Assembly: GCA_002269645.1 (NCBI GenBank) | Contig: NIVC01001908.1 | Span: forward strand, 62,001-126,000 | Direction: 5' to 3' | Length of the DNA stretch: 64,000 nt | DNA from: Macrostomum lignano | Taxonomy: Eukaryota | Shown: positions 25,285 through 37,622 of the stretch, in pieces | How positions within the stretch are numbered: position 1 is the stretch's first letter | Layout of the letters: each line of letters opens with the position of its first letter | Position numbers and translations under genes: made by a program | The notes under the pieces: model-generated | Databases searched by the model: none | What the model was told of the DNA's origin: nothing | What the model saw: the letters and a program-made list of their open reading frames with translations, nothing else

Positions 25285-26215
25285 GATTCTTGAGGATTGT
25301 GAAGCTTGAGGATTGTGAAGCTTGAGGATTGTAAAGCTTGAGGATTGTGAAGCCTGGGGATTGTGAAGCTTGGGGATTGTGAAGCTTGAGGATTGTGAAG
25401 CTTGAGGATTGTGAAGCTTGGGGATTGTGAAGCTTGGGGATTGTGAAGCTTGAGGATTGTGAAGCCTGGGGATTGTGAAGCTTGAGGATTGGGAAGCTTG
25501 ATGATTGTGAAGCTTGGGGATTGTGAAGCTTGGGGATTGTGAAGCTTGAGGATTGTGAAGCCTGGGGATTGTGAAGCTTGAGGATTGGGAAGCTTGAGGA
25601 TTGTGAAGCTTGGGGATTGTGAAGCTTGGGGATTGTGAAGCTTGGGGATTGTGAAGCTTGGGGATTGTGAAGCTTGGGGATTGTGAAGCTTGGGGATTGT
25701 GAAGCTTGAGGATTGTGAAGCCTGGGGATTGTGAAGCTTGAGGATTGTGAAGCTTGAGGATTGTGAAGCTTGGGGATTGTGAAGCTTGGGGATTGTGAAG
25801 CTTGGGGATTGTGAAGCTTGGGGATTGTGAAGCTTGGGGATTGTGAAGCTTGGGGATTGTGAAGCTTGGGGATTGTGAAGCTTGGGGATTGTGAAGCTTG
25901 GGGATTGTGAAGCTTGAGGATTGTGAAGCTTGAGGATTGGGAAGCTTGAGGATTGTGAAGCTTGGGGATTGTGAAGCTTGGGGATTGTGAAGCTTGAGGA
26001 TTGTGAAGCTTGAAGATTGTGAAGCTTGAGGATTGTGAAGCTTGAGGATTGGGAAGCTTGAGGATTGTGAAGCTTGAGGATTGTGAAGCTTGAAGATTGT
26101 GAAGCTTGAGGATTGTGAAGCTTGAAGATTGTGAAGCTTGAGGATTGTGAAGCTTGAGGATTGTGAAGCTTGAGGATTGTGACGTTTTTGGATTGTGAAG
26201 CTTGGCGATTGTGAA
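25285..26215. repeat. 16-bp satellite flanked by a 56-bp direct duplication
   Basis: GAGGATTGTGAAGCTT / GGGGATTGTGAAGCTT units. Duplicated flank at 25236-25291 and 26225-26280. Confidence 0.95.
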
Positions 26216-26481
26216 GTTGTTTTACATTGTTGTTTTACACCCTATTTAAGGCGCCCTTGGCAGTTGCTCCAAGGATTCTTCCAATAAGAGCTACACGTAC
26301 ATCCAGTACAAGCCCAGGGCTGGCAATTTTGCCCATAGTCTTAGGCAATTTTCTCAATACGGGCGTACTGGGACGATACTTTCTAGGAGAATTGGAGCGA
26401 TTCTTATGTATGATCGGTGTGACTTTGAAGGTGAATGAGGGTGATTCTCTTTCGGACTTGCAAGTTATCAATGTATAGGTT

Positions 26482-26950
26482 TACACAATGTATTAAAAAG
26501 TCACTCTGAATTTCTCTTGATCTCTAGTTTCACTGATCAAGCCTCGATAGGACATGGTTGAAACTGTTTTCGCATTTGCCTTATACAATCTTATACCACT
26601 TTTGTCTATACTTAGGCATACATTTTAAAAAAGCCTATAATATTAACACGGCATCAAAAAACAATATTGAGTACCTTTACTTGCGTAGTTATTTTGGAAA
26701 CTTTTTGTCTCAGCTCGTCTTTTGACTCTATTTACAGTATCTGATACGATGGGCGCAGAACGAGTGGCATCTATACCTGTACGTCTGCGATAGGTTTTTC
26801 GTATGACCTGGTCAAAGGTCCGCTCCACAGTGACTATGAACAACTTGTACCGAAGCATCGTTTTAAAGTAAGTGCCGGCCATATCAAAAAGAAGAGCCAT
26901 ATTTTGTGCCATACATGTAAATGTCGCATTTCGAAACTCACCAGACAAAA
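26482..26950 (-). mobile_element. Possible highly decayed Tc1/mariner-type right end
   Basis: TA followed by a TIR-like CACAATGTATTAAAAAGTCAC; only weak transposase-like remnants; no matching second TIR. Confidence 0.3.
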
Positions 26951-27189
26951 CTACGAGCTAGTCGTTTTCGACGCATGAAACTAATTTCTAAGATTTCTGC
27001 TCCATGTAAAATCATACATTACAAATCTTACATAAATGAGGACTAAATTATGTGCATCCTGTGAAAAAACTACACTTCGGCGAGTTTCTGGAGCCGGGCC
27101 GCATAAAATTGAATAATCAGCCTCCAAAAAAATTGCACGTTTTGTGCGTGTCGCCGTCTTTTACTTATAAGTGCATGTAGCCCGTGATA

Positions 27190-28451
27190 CCATTTTTAGC
27201 GAAGTGGTATTCAAGGAGCACCAGGCCAAGGTATCAGGAGAGCATTCCAAAATTGATCAAAAGGAGATACTACTTTTTAGAACGCAGATACTACTAATCA
27301 GAAACCAACGCATCAGGACGCAGACAGAACCAACGAACTCAAAGCGATTCCGACGAAAACGAAAATCGAGAAGGCAATGTCAGCAATGAAAGACACAGCG
27401 CCGAGCGAAGATAAAATGCGCCTGAGACACCTGAAACATGCTCCATCATCGATAAAAGAGGAGACATACAACAGAGTCCGCTTCCTGTTTACGCAACTCG
27501 CAAACGACTGGAAGGACTCAGAAAAAAACGGACTCACATACCGCTATTCAAAAGAGGCGACCGGCGAGACCCACACAACACCCGCATCCTGGCCAACATA
27601 GCTCGTAATTCGAAACTGGGTTGAAGCGCTGTCGCTGTTTGACGATAACCAATGCGGGTTTTGTCGAAACAGATCCACTGCAGACAGCGCACAGACATTC
27701 GTGAGACTACATTCGAGGACCTAGAAGAGTACCTCACCGTGAACAAGCGGCACGCTAATCAGAACATGGAACACTACTTCGCCATCCTGCTAGATCCACC
27801 AGAAAGCATACCTGCGTGTCTGCAAACCGCTACTGTGGAAATTGCTACGATGCTATGGCATTCCAGAAGAGACTATCGAGAAGCTGCAAGACCTCCGTGA
27901 ATTCACGGCCTGCAGAGTACAAGGCGAAAAAGCAGCGAGCGACAAATGGTACCCTGAACGTGGACTTCGGTAAGGGTGCCCTACGTCACCCGCCCTCTTC
28001 AACATCTACCAACAAGCCAGCATACGGAGAGCCGAGCAAAAGAGAAAGCAAAAAGCGGAAGAAAGGCAACTGACGTGCGGAATAGAATGGGCGTGCCTGA
28101 AGGGACAAGCGAGCAAACGAATTCAACTCTGAGATGCGAACAAACTGCTTCCAAACATCCCTGTTTGCCGACGGCACGACACTCATAGGCAACACTCACA
28201 CGACACGACACTTCGCAGCGAACTAGAAGGCGTTTTGGAGGTGGTCAAGAATCTGCAATGTGCATGGCAGATTCTGAAGAAAGACAAGCGACAACAAAGA
28301 AGGGGAGATGAAAATTGGCACCATCGAGGGAGGGAATGTCAGAACACTAGGAAGCTGGACAGGGAGGAAAACGGACATGCGCAACCGCATCCAAAGAGCG
28401 ACGAAAAGCTGGCTATTTAAATCCGAAAGACACAATCCAAAGTCGTCGTGG
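27190..28451 (+). pseudogene. RTE-type LINE reverse transcriptase relic, 5' part
   Basis: Frameshifted motifs KAMSAMKDTAP, IPLFKRGDRRDP, DDNQCGFCRNRSTAD, LWKLLRCYGIP, GLR*GCPTSPALFNIY, LFADG (catalytic DD degraded). Confidence 0.85.
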
Positions 28452-30456
28452 TGTAGAGATCTCCAAACATTGTAGACTACTAGAAGTAGTAAGATAAAAT
28501 TACGAATATAATTTTAAATAGCATGCGTCATACTCTATTTTTAGTAATATCAGTAATATCACAAAAACAGTGAGTGATCATTCTATAGTTCGAAAAACCG
28601 GTTTTCAGCATCTATTTCCAAATATGGTAAATGTTAACCCGAATGCGACCCAAGTCTCACTCTTTTCTATTCAAAAACCCCACCTGTCAAAGGATAAAAT
28701 TCCTTTCTTGACCTCATAAAAAACCGGTTTGGGCTCAAAGGTCGACTTAAATTGTCTATAAATACAAGCGAAAAATTTGAGCTGAAATCTCAGACTCGGA
28801 GTGACCTCAAAAGATCTTGGGCTTTGCCAGAGCAGCCAAATGAGGCCACATCTCCGGGAGAGACAAATGCCAATTGCAGGTAAGCCTTTGTCAGAGTCTT
28901 TGTTATTTGATTATTGAGAGCTGTGTTATTGCCGGCCGATACTGATCAGTTGATTTTATTGAGTTATTGAATTTGAGGCCTCCCTATTCCTGAGGGATTG
29001 GATAGGATCTGCGGACCGATTCCGATACTCTTAGACAATTATTAACTGATTGATTTTGGTACCCTAGAGTAACCGATAGGGGCACACGACTCCGATTCCG
29101 TTATTTCTAGAAGAAGACGCCCTTTCTTGAGGACCTCGTTATTGTTATAGAGTTCACTTTGTTATTAGGGCGCATCTCTGATTCTGATTTCTGAACTCGA
29201 GGAATACATTGACGTCGACGGATTAAATTGTTACGCTCTCATACTCGGCCGACTTTAGAGTTCAAGAAAGGGAACTCCGGAGGAACACTACGTTGAGGAG
29301 ACGAGCTCTACCGACCTGCCCGACAAATTGAAGAGTTGATTCGGGAGGTGATCAGTCCCCCGAAAACTCCCACTTCCAGACACTTAAGCCTGGGAACAAA
29401 ATCAGTGATCACTTACTGTTGCGGGCTCCTCTTCTTTGTCGCGCGTGTCTGTAGAGCTCGTCTCCTTAGAGCTGTTCCTCCCGGGGTAGTCTTCTTGAAG
29501 TCTAGAGTCGGCCGAAAGTGAGAGCGTAACAATTAAATCGACGTCGCAGTATTTCTTCAAGTGCAGATATCAATGTATTCCTCGAGTGCCGAAATCAATG
29601 TCAACGATGCGCCCTAATAACAAAATCAACTTCAATACGAGGTCCTCCAGAAAGGGCGTTTTCTTCTAGAACTAACGGAATCGGAGTCGTGTGCTCCTAT
29701 CGGTTAATCTAGGATAACCAAAATCAATCAAATCAATAATCCTCTAAGGGTATCGGAATCGGTCCGCAGATCCTGTCCAATCCCTTAGGAAAAGGGAGGC
29801 GTCAAACTCAATAGACTCAATAAAATCACTGAACAGTAACGGCCGGCAATAACAATCGCTCTCAATAATCAAAATAACGAAGACTTGAACAAAGCTTACC
29901 AATTGGTGTTTATCTCTTCCTCAGAGATATAGCCTCGTTGGCTGCTCTTGCAAAGCCCAAGATCTTTGGAGGCTGCTCCGAGTCTGAGATTTCAGCTCGG
30001 ATTTTTCGTTTATATTTATACACAATTTGTCGGCCTTGAGTCGACCTTGAGCTCAAAACCGGTTTTTTTGATGAGTTCACGAAAGGAATTTTATTATTTG
30101 ACAGGTGGGGTTTTTGAATAGAAAGGGGTGAGACTTGGGTTACATTCAGGTTAACATTTACCATATTTGGAAGTTCTAAAAATAGATGTCGAGAACCGGT
30201 TTTTTCGAACAATAGCATAGCCACTCGCTGTTTGCGTGATATGACTGGTATTACTAAAAATAGAGTATGACACATAGCTATTTTTTAATTTGTATTCATA
30301 ACTTTATGTTACTACTTTTAGTAGGCTACTGTGTTTGAAGATCTCTACAAAATAAGAGGAGCCCGCAATAGTAAGTGATCACTAAATTCTGTTCCCAGGC
30401 TTGCGGTCTGGAAGTGGGAGTTTTCGAGTGACTGATCACCACTCGTAAACTCTTCA
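28452..30456. mobile_element. 2005-bp inverted-repeat insertion with A-B-A'-B' architecture, TG...CA termini and probable 4-bp TSD
   Basis: A 28452-29311 is the diverged reverse complement of A' 29450-30349. B ~29329-29437 is the reverse complement of B' 30350-30456. Flanks are GTGG/GAGG. LINE reading KVV|EACIES resumes across the insertion. Confidence 0.8.
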
Positions 30457-30750
30457 GAGGCATGCATCGAGAGTGTGCTACAACTCCACACGCCAACGTC
30501 CGCCCATTCAACAGGTCGGAGATCAAAGCACTGCAGCGTGTACTTGACCGCATTTACCGACACATATGGAGCTCCAAGATTATGGAGCCGCTTCGTGAGA
30601 TGGAAAGCACATACAAGACGTCAGATCAAAACTGCAAGTCCAATAAGTCAAGATAGAAAAGCCCACACCCCCCCCCCTGATCCGAATCGGGCACCTCCGA
30701 ATCAGGCAACGCATCATCCGCAAGGATCACTGGGACCAACAGCCATGTAA
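30457..30750 (+). pseudogene. RTE-type LINE relic, 3' continuation of 27190-28451
   Basis: EACIES...VRPFNRSEIKALQRVLDRIYRHIWS resembles the post-RT region of RTE-like LINEs. Confidence 0.7.
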
Positions 30751-31029
30751 GGCAATAAGACTTGGGGCCCGATCATAACGAGAAAGCAATCACTTAATTC
30801 TGAGACTGTGAGACTACACATTAATTCACATTACACATTAATTCGCTTACTTTTGGATCTCCCAATGAACTGGGAAATATATAAGCCAGAATTATCGTTC
30901 AGCAGGTCTTTTATTTGCTCAAAACTTGGTTCGCTGGAGATTCCCGTTTAAATTGCGTGTCTTCATTCGCAAATCAGAAATCAAACATCTCAATCAAATC
31001 TGCCCCCTTCAAAGTACTTCTCCCGGAGC

Positions 31030-31551
31030 CGAACAACAACAACGACAACAACAGAGTACGCTGCCAGTTCGCAAAAGCAGCGTCAGATGGCGCGCTTCGA
31101 AGCTTGGGCGCGAACAAAGGCCGCACCGCCGGCAGAGTCCGGGGCGCCGGCGTCAGCCAGCAGACAGTCGACGTAGCGCCGAGTCCTCGCCTGTCCCCGC
31201 CGGTAGGGTGCCTGCAACGTAAGTAGCAGCACCTCCTGCACCGGCTCCGGACAGTAGGCCTCGGCGCGGATGACGTGGCCTGCCAGCTGGAGTCGCCGAC
31301 GGCGCAGCAGATCGCTAGGACGGGCCAGGCCGGCGCGATGACAGAGCGCCGTGTTGGTGACTCGCTCGTTGCCGATCTTGAAGGTGGCGCGCAGCAGGCC
31401 AGCGTGCGCCGTGTCGACTTGAGCCTCGAGCGAGTCTATCAGCGTCCAGGTCTCGGCGTTGTATAACAGGACGGTCTCGATCACCGCCTGGAACAGCGCC
31501 GCCCTCTGGCGGTCCGGTAGGGCCTCGGACTGCAGGACTGACCTTATAGAC
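31030..31551 (-). mobile_element. 5'-truncated RTE-clade LINE 3' end with (GTT)n tail
   Basis: LFQAVIETVLLYNAETWTL...LRRRRLQLAGHVIR...RRGQARTRRYVD* is a typical RTE C-terminus; TGTTGTTGTCGTTGTTGTTG tail on the minus strand. Confidence 0.85.
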
Positions 31552-31571
31552 CTCCGTCCTGCAGGACGGAG

Positions 31572-32200
31572 CCGAACGCACTCGTCCATTCTTCTGCGCC
31601 AGGCCTCCATGCAGCCCTCGAAGGCTTTTTTGGGAATACCTACTAGCAGTTTCGTCGTCGTGGCCCTTCTGAAGGTATCAACATCAGGAAATTGAGTTTG
31701 AGCTTGGGAACCTCCTTGAGCTTGGGAAATAGGAAAAAATCGCACGGAACTAGATTGGAAGAATATCGAAGCTGGTCTAGCACTGTGACATTCCTATTCG
31801 CGAGATACTCCCTGACACTTGGAGCATTGTGAGCTGGCTCATTGTCCTGATGAAGGAACCACGAGGTTGCTTCCCACAAATCGTGTCTCTTGTCTCGCAC
31901 TGGGGGAAGCAGTTGCTGCAGGATCCCTTTGTACACATGCTGATTGATGGTTTGACCTTGGCGCAGAAACTCCATGTAGATAATGCCTCTGACATCTGAC
32001 ATTGAAGGTCTTCCACTCCTGGAGTCGTCCTCGACCTCCTCCCGCCCTCCTTAAATCGTTTGTGCCACTCAAAACTCGGGAGCGAGACATAGCATTAACT
32101 CCATACACTTTCCGCAACAGTGCAAGTGCTTCCGAGGGCGATTTATTGAATCGGACCAAAAACTTTAGATTGGTTCGTTGCTTGGTGCTCATTGGCACGA
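31572..32200 (-). pseudogene. Internally deleted mariner (DD34D) transposase relic
   Basis: MSTKQRTNLKFLVRFNKSPSEAL (HTH N-terminus), DDSRSGRP, WFLHQDNEPAH and YSSNLVPCDFFLFPKLK (degenerate DNAPAH and YSPDLAPCD motifs), with frameshifts. Confidence 0.9.
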
Positions 32201-33817
32201 CGATTGTTAAAAACTTACTGGACGTTACTAATAGCACATATTGGCACAAAAGTGATGATCAGCTGAAATTGCAGGACAGAGCTCCTGTTATATGCTGCTA
32301 CAGCCTGCAACATGTCGCAAATTGATAGTGCATACAGAAGCTGCGCTGTAGGCACAGTCCTGGAACTTTTCTGACGCATTTGCACCACTTCAACAACGAG
32401 AGCGACATGTCGCGAGAGCGACCATACAAGCACGGAAACATGTGCGAATCATGATGATAATGATGATGCTGATGATGATGATGATGAACTAGTTAAGTAG
32501 ATTACCTGACACATAAACAGGGTTTACATTGGCAAGTGTCCCGATTTGAGCTCAGAGTGGTCTCACAGTCGGTCGAGAGTTCCAAAGCACTCAACCTGTC
32601 CTCGAATTAAGCCCATGCAGCCCGCATACTCGAGCATTTTTGCACACTTCAACTATTCCTGCAACGGCATTTAGCGAGCGGCTTCTCAAAGCTTTCTGAG
32701 GGGGGGATCGGATTATTTAAGAATATCCCACGGGACTCTCCGCTTGATGCTTGCGAGCTGAAATCAAAACCGATTGTTGCAAATCTCTCTCGTATCCTCC
32801 ATCAGCTGGGATTTCATATTTCAGCTATAGAAAATTTTCCAGCAGTTTCAGTTCCACATGCCCAGGCTAGAAAAGATAGTTTAAAAAATTGAAATTCGCT
32901 CGCTTTTCAAATGTTTTGTTCAAAAAAGCGCCTCCAGGACTTACCATGCCAACAGCCAGCGATTCTCTCCAGCAAAATAGCAGCTGAATGCCTCATAGAA
33001 ACAGAACAACAGAAGCTGGCTTTCAAGGATTGAATAGTCTCAGTGCCTGCAGTCGACTCCACATTAAAATAATACTTCAATATTTAGATCGGCGGGGCTG
33101 ATTGTGGCGTGCAGCCTCTATTCAACGGTTGCGTGCGTCATACAGGCAAATTTGCATACAGAAAAGCAGAGATCAATTGCCGTCAATTTTGCCTGGCTTT
33201 CAGTTACCTATTCAGCTTTGTGCATTTTTTTTCATCTGCGCTCGCAGTTACGCCTCATCGCTATAATTAAAAGGAATGAATGATAGCTCAACTAAAATAC
33301 AACATCTCGCTCGGCTATTACTCTCTCCTAATCGCTGGCTTCAAAATATTGCTTCAAAGCTAAACGTTTCTTCAAAAATTGTATTTTTCAAATCGTCACT
33401 TAATTGATCCGATAATTGGCGAGAAAGCCTTTGAGATGACAGGGTCTTCATCCCACAGCATTTTTTTGTCAATGGGCTTCAAAATGATACTAAATTTTCG
33501 TACGTTATAGCCCGTATCTCATAAAAAACTTGGCGAAAATCAGTGCTGTGCATTGCAGACTAAATAAAGCTGGAAAACTTAACTGCACACTTTTAAACTT
33601 GGAGGTAAAAGCTGTTATCGGTAAAGATCAAGAAAATTAATTTGTACCGACGAATGCAAGCTGCGTTTACTAATGTGCACCGACTAAAACAGCCGTCGGG
33701 ACTGCACAGACCTCTGCATAAAAGTATATTTTCGTCACATTTGATTGATGATTGACAGAGAGCGGCCAATAAGACTCTAACAGTTTAACTTCGCAAAAAG
33801 GTGTTATCTGAGTTAAT

Positions 33818-34377
33818 TCAGTCATTCTCGACCTCACCATCCAGTATTGGCGACCTTTTGCCCCAACGAAATACTCCACTTTGCCGCTTGCCCCAACGGA
33901 ATACACCACTGGGCCGCTTGCCCCAACGGAATACTCCACTGGGCCGCTTGCCCCAACGGAATACTCCACTGGGCCGCTTACCCCAACGGAATACTCCACT
34001 GGGCCGCTTGCCCCAACGGAATACTCCACTGGGCCGCTTTCCCCAACGGAATACACCACTTTGCCGCTTGCCCCAACGGAATGTAGTACCCCGTTTGGCG
34101 GTTGAACTCGGCAAAAACGTGTCCTCCTCCATTGAGCCGTCGCGAGCCGTGCTCAACAGATCCGCAACGTCGTCATCGTCTGCAATTACAAATCAGCGAT
34201 TAAGACGTCTTTGTCAAATTAGCATCGAAGAGCTGGAATAGATTCTAAGGCCTGTCAGATTGGCACAACGCACGAGAGCTTAGACCTACCGATCTCAGAC
34301 TCGGCTTGAACAATGGCAGTTGAACAGAAGAGCAGCGCGAGAAGCGCAAGCTGCATCAGCGGGCTTCGGTTTGACAT
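33818..34377 (-). CDS. Neuropeptide precursor (149 aa) encoding eight C-terminally amidated FRWamide peptides
   Basis: Exon 1 (34290-34377): MSNRSPLMQLALLALLFCSTAIVQAESEI signal peptide, phase-1 GT donor. Exon 2 (33818-34179): acidic spacer, then KR-GTTFRWG-KR, QSGVFRWG x2 and PSGVFRWG x5, each flanked by KR. Confidence 0.93.
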
Positions 34378-35889
34378 CTCAAGGCGGTAGTTCGATGCAA
34401 GTTCGCACACAGTATTGGACACGCGCTTGTACCTAAGTGAGGGCGATAAAGTGACAAGAAGTTACATGCCAATTCTTTCGATACCAGCAAAAAATAACAT
34501 CACTGAAAAACGACTTAAAATGTACCTGGTTCTTCAAAAGCAGGCGCTCAAGTCCTCAAGACACTTAAATATGCCTAAGATACCTCAAGAAACTTACGGA
34601 TCTAAACAATTATAATACGAGCTAGTTATTCAAATGCCTGGTGCGAGAGCAAACGCTACAAGGGAAAAAGCGTGATTGCCTTTTAAGGTTGAACAAATCG
34701 TCGACCATTTCTGGCCACAGCGGGTTGGGGCGCGCTCGAGGCTGGTTGGATGGCCAGCCAACCGAAAGCTGTGCTCTTGCTATCTCCATCCCTTTCTCTC
34801 TTTTTGTGTGCATTTATTCCCTAAAAATATCGTCCTCCAATAGTAGATCGGAAGGCTGGTAATTGTACTCGTAATTGGAAACCTTTTGCCAACTGGCCAT
34901 AGACGGCGAGAGTTTCGTGTCCATGCGCGCTCACGCACACACACACACACACACACAACAGACACTACAAGTAATTGTCCTACACTCGCGAATAACAAGC
35001 TACATGTATTAGCTGGCGTTCAAGAGTGGTCTGTTCCAAAGCTCTAGCTGCTTCCTTCCTGATTGGCGATTAGAGTGGAGTCCGGACAGCCCATGCATCC
35101 TCACTCAGTGATTTTTGCTGTCGGACTTTTATAAGTTTATAAATCGCATAAGCATCAGAGAGAGGGACATCCCGGGCTTGTCAATCAAAGCTTTTTGACG
35201 CCTAATTCGACAACAATGAGACTAGTAGCAAATTTTTTGTAAGAGCCGTGGATTAATGTGGCCGCATGGGACTCTACTCAGCTGGAAAGCTTCGGATCAA
35301 GCATGAGAAGTGACGTCTCATTTTTAACTGTAGCTAACTTTTTGCAGCCAATTTACTTTAAAATTTTTTTGAATTCTGAAGCCGAAAAATCGAACTCATA
35401 CAGGGAAATTCTGTCACGGGGTTCACGCTGACCTCAAGCAATTGCTTCATTCTTCGACGTACAGGAAGTTCGCTTCTTCATCGGCAGTTTCAAAACTTGT
35501 CAGGGTAACGTCTTCAGACGATGCACTGGAGACGCTCCTGTAACAGATTAGTAGTTGTCATGAGAGGCTTTCAGGATAAAATTTTCTACAGCCTTAATAA
35601 TCTTATTAATTACATATTCATTATTCAGCAACATCTTTAAAACGTGTCAACTTACTACTTTTTCCTTACCCATTTTCGATACGCATTATTTAAAACTCAT
35701 TCAATTAATTCGCTGACCAAAACAAGATCCCAGCAACTTTCGACCGACTTAAAGAAATATACAAACTTAAAGTGTGCAGCGATACTACTCGTAGTTGTAT
35801 ACGAAAAAATTAACTATAATGGCTTATATCGTTAATCGCGGTTGTAGAAAGTTTAAATGAAGATTTATTAATTAATGAGCTATCCTCAG

Positions 35890-37622
35890 ATCGGCAACAC
35901 TTAAAACAGAAAGTGAACTTCACTTTCTACCCCCGCATGGAACTTTGAGCAGGTCCTGTTCTCGTAAGGGATCTTTGGTCTCGCAGTCCTTGAGTCGCAG
36001 GCCAGTTTATGGTTTGCTAATCTAATTTGTGACGGGGCGCGCTTTAATTCTGGATGAAAAATTTCTAAGTCGTATTTTCAGTTGAGCATGCAGTACCATT
36101 TGAAGCTGTAGTAAAAGTGACTCACCTTCGCAGAGTTAACTGCAATGCCAATTTCACCGTAAACTGGGTCTTCGACTAGTGTCAAGATGATGGATTACTG
36201 AGCGATTTGCTAGTGAGGCCCGGCACTGGCACAATACGAGCATAATTCTTTTTTGGATGTTTTGTATAATAAAGCCAGTCCTGCCTACCGGTAGCTCTGA
36301 GCAGGCTCAATTACTGGCAGTATTTCATGACTAACTTTGAGAATCAGGCAGTAATTATTGGCAAAGAAGTACGAGTATAATATCAAATATCTCGCTTGTC
36401 TTTAGCCACTTCATGTTATACCGGAGCAGCATCACCTCTGAATGTCTGGTTGCGCCAAAGATGTTTATCGAGCTGGGTTTCACCAGCGATTCGTCCCACG
36501 ATTTTCCAGCATATTGCAAATCCGCTTCATCAGGCGACTTGAAAGGGCGGGCAGTTTCGGTGGACAACGGGGGAGTGCGAAGTGGCTGGCTGAAGTCAGC
36601 TCTCTCGGCGCCTCCCGAAACTACTTGGCATCAGCAGGTGAAGTCTCGTCTTATAGCAACTAGAAGCCGTTACAAGGGCTGTTGAACACAGAAGAGCACG
36701 AAGGCCGCATGGCCAGAGGAATCACTTTAACTTGGAAGAGATCAACTTCAAGCCGCTTTTACGCTAGCCAACAGTCCTGATGATCCGCGGCAGACCTGGA
36801 CGAACCTGTCTGAGGCCTCGTCGCCCAGTTAATTCTGCGTTTTTAAAATCTTCTTTCAACCTTCAATTTAGGGATGGACTGATTGATGTAAATGGCATCA
36901 GTTTCTCTCTTGCGTGCACTTGGGCATTTCATGCTCAGTGTACATTGGCTAGCGTGCATCGCAGTATCAAATATTAAATTTCTCGCTTGGCTTTTTCGGA
37001 CTAAGAGTAGCTCAAACCTCGCATTCTAGTTTACAATATTCAATATATTCGGCAAATCTAAAGGTAAATAATCAGGCAGAGAGCAGAGGGTCATCTACGA
37101 TGCGGCAATACACTTGTATTTTATTTTGATAAAAAAAATTAATTAAGGCTTCATCATATCATCAGCTGCAGGATTTGAGTATAAATTTGAGTCCACACAG
37201 TGACCTCTCGGTGCTGCTCTACCTCGGCAAACCGAAGTTTTAGGTTTCCGTGTATGAAACAAGCAATTTGGTAAAGCTATTGCGATAGATATAATTCCAC
37301 TAAAACATGGTCGGCATTGACAGACAGTCTGCCTGTCAATCAAGAGATGCAGAGCCATAGCGTGCCCGAGCTACTAAAATTAGATGAAGAAACATTACCG
37401 CTGCATGCAGGCCCTGATGGAGTAAGAGTATCAGATTTCGTAAGGGAGATGTTCACATGCAGATCTGCAGCATCTGGTTGTGAGGAAAATATCTCTAAAA
37501 GACTAGTTTGGCAGCAATTTTTTGTCCGAGAGCCATATATACAGTTAGCTCGACTAAACTCGTCCAACAATGCATGCAACTGTGAGCGCCCAGCAGCCTA
37601 CTCCATGCTTCACTGGTTTTGA
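35890..37622 (+). other. Possible exons or decayed coding sequence of an unidentified gene
   Basis: Several GC-richer open stretches with AG/GT sites (e.g. ~36404-36636, ~37324-37622). Could not be joined into one stop-free model; no recognised domain. Confidence 0.2.

Noticed and set aside
30068-30090. TTGATGAGTTCACGAAAG hammerhead-like core in arm A'
   Set aside because: Not conserved in arm A, first C missing, stem II only 1 bp.
36775-36812. Hammerhead-like CTGATGA...GAAC
   Set aside because: Lacks the G10.1-C11.1 pair and GAAA; no convincing stems I/III.
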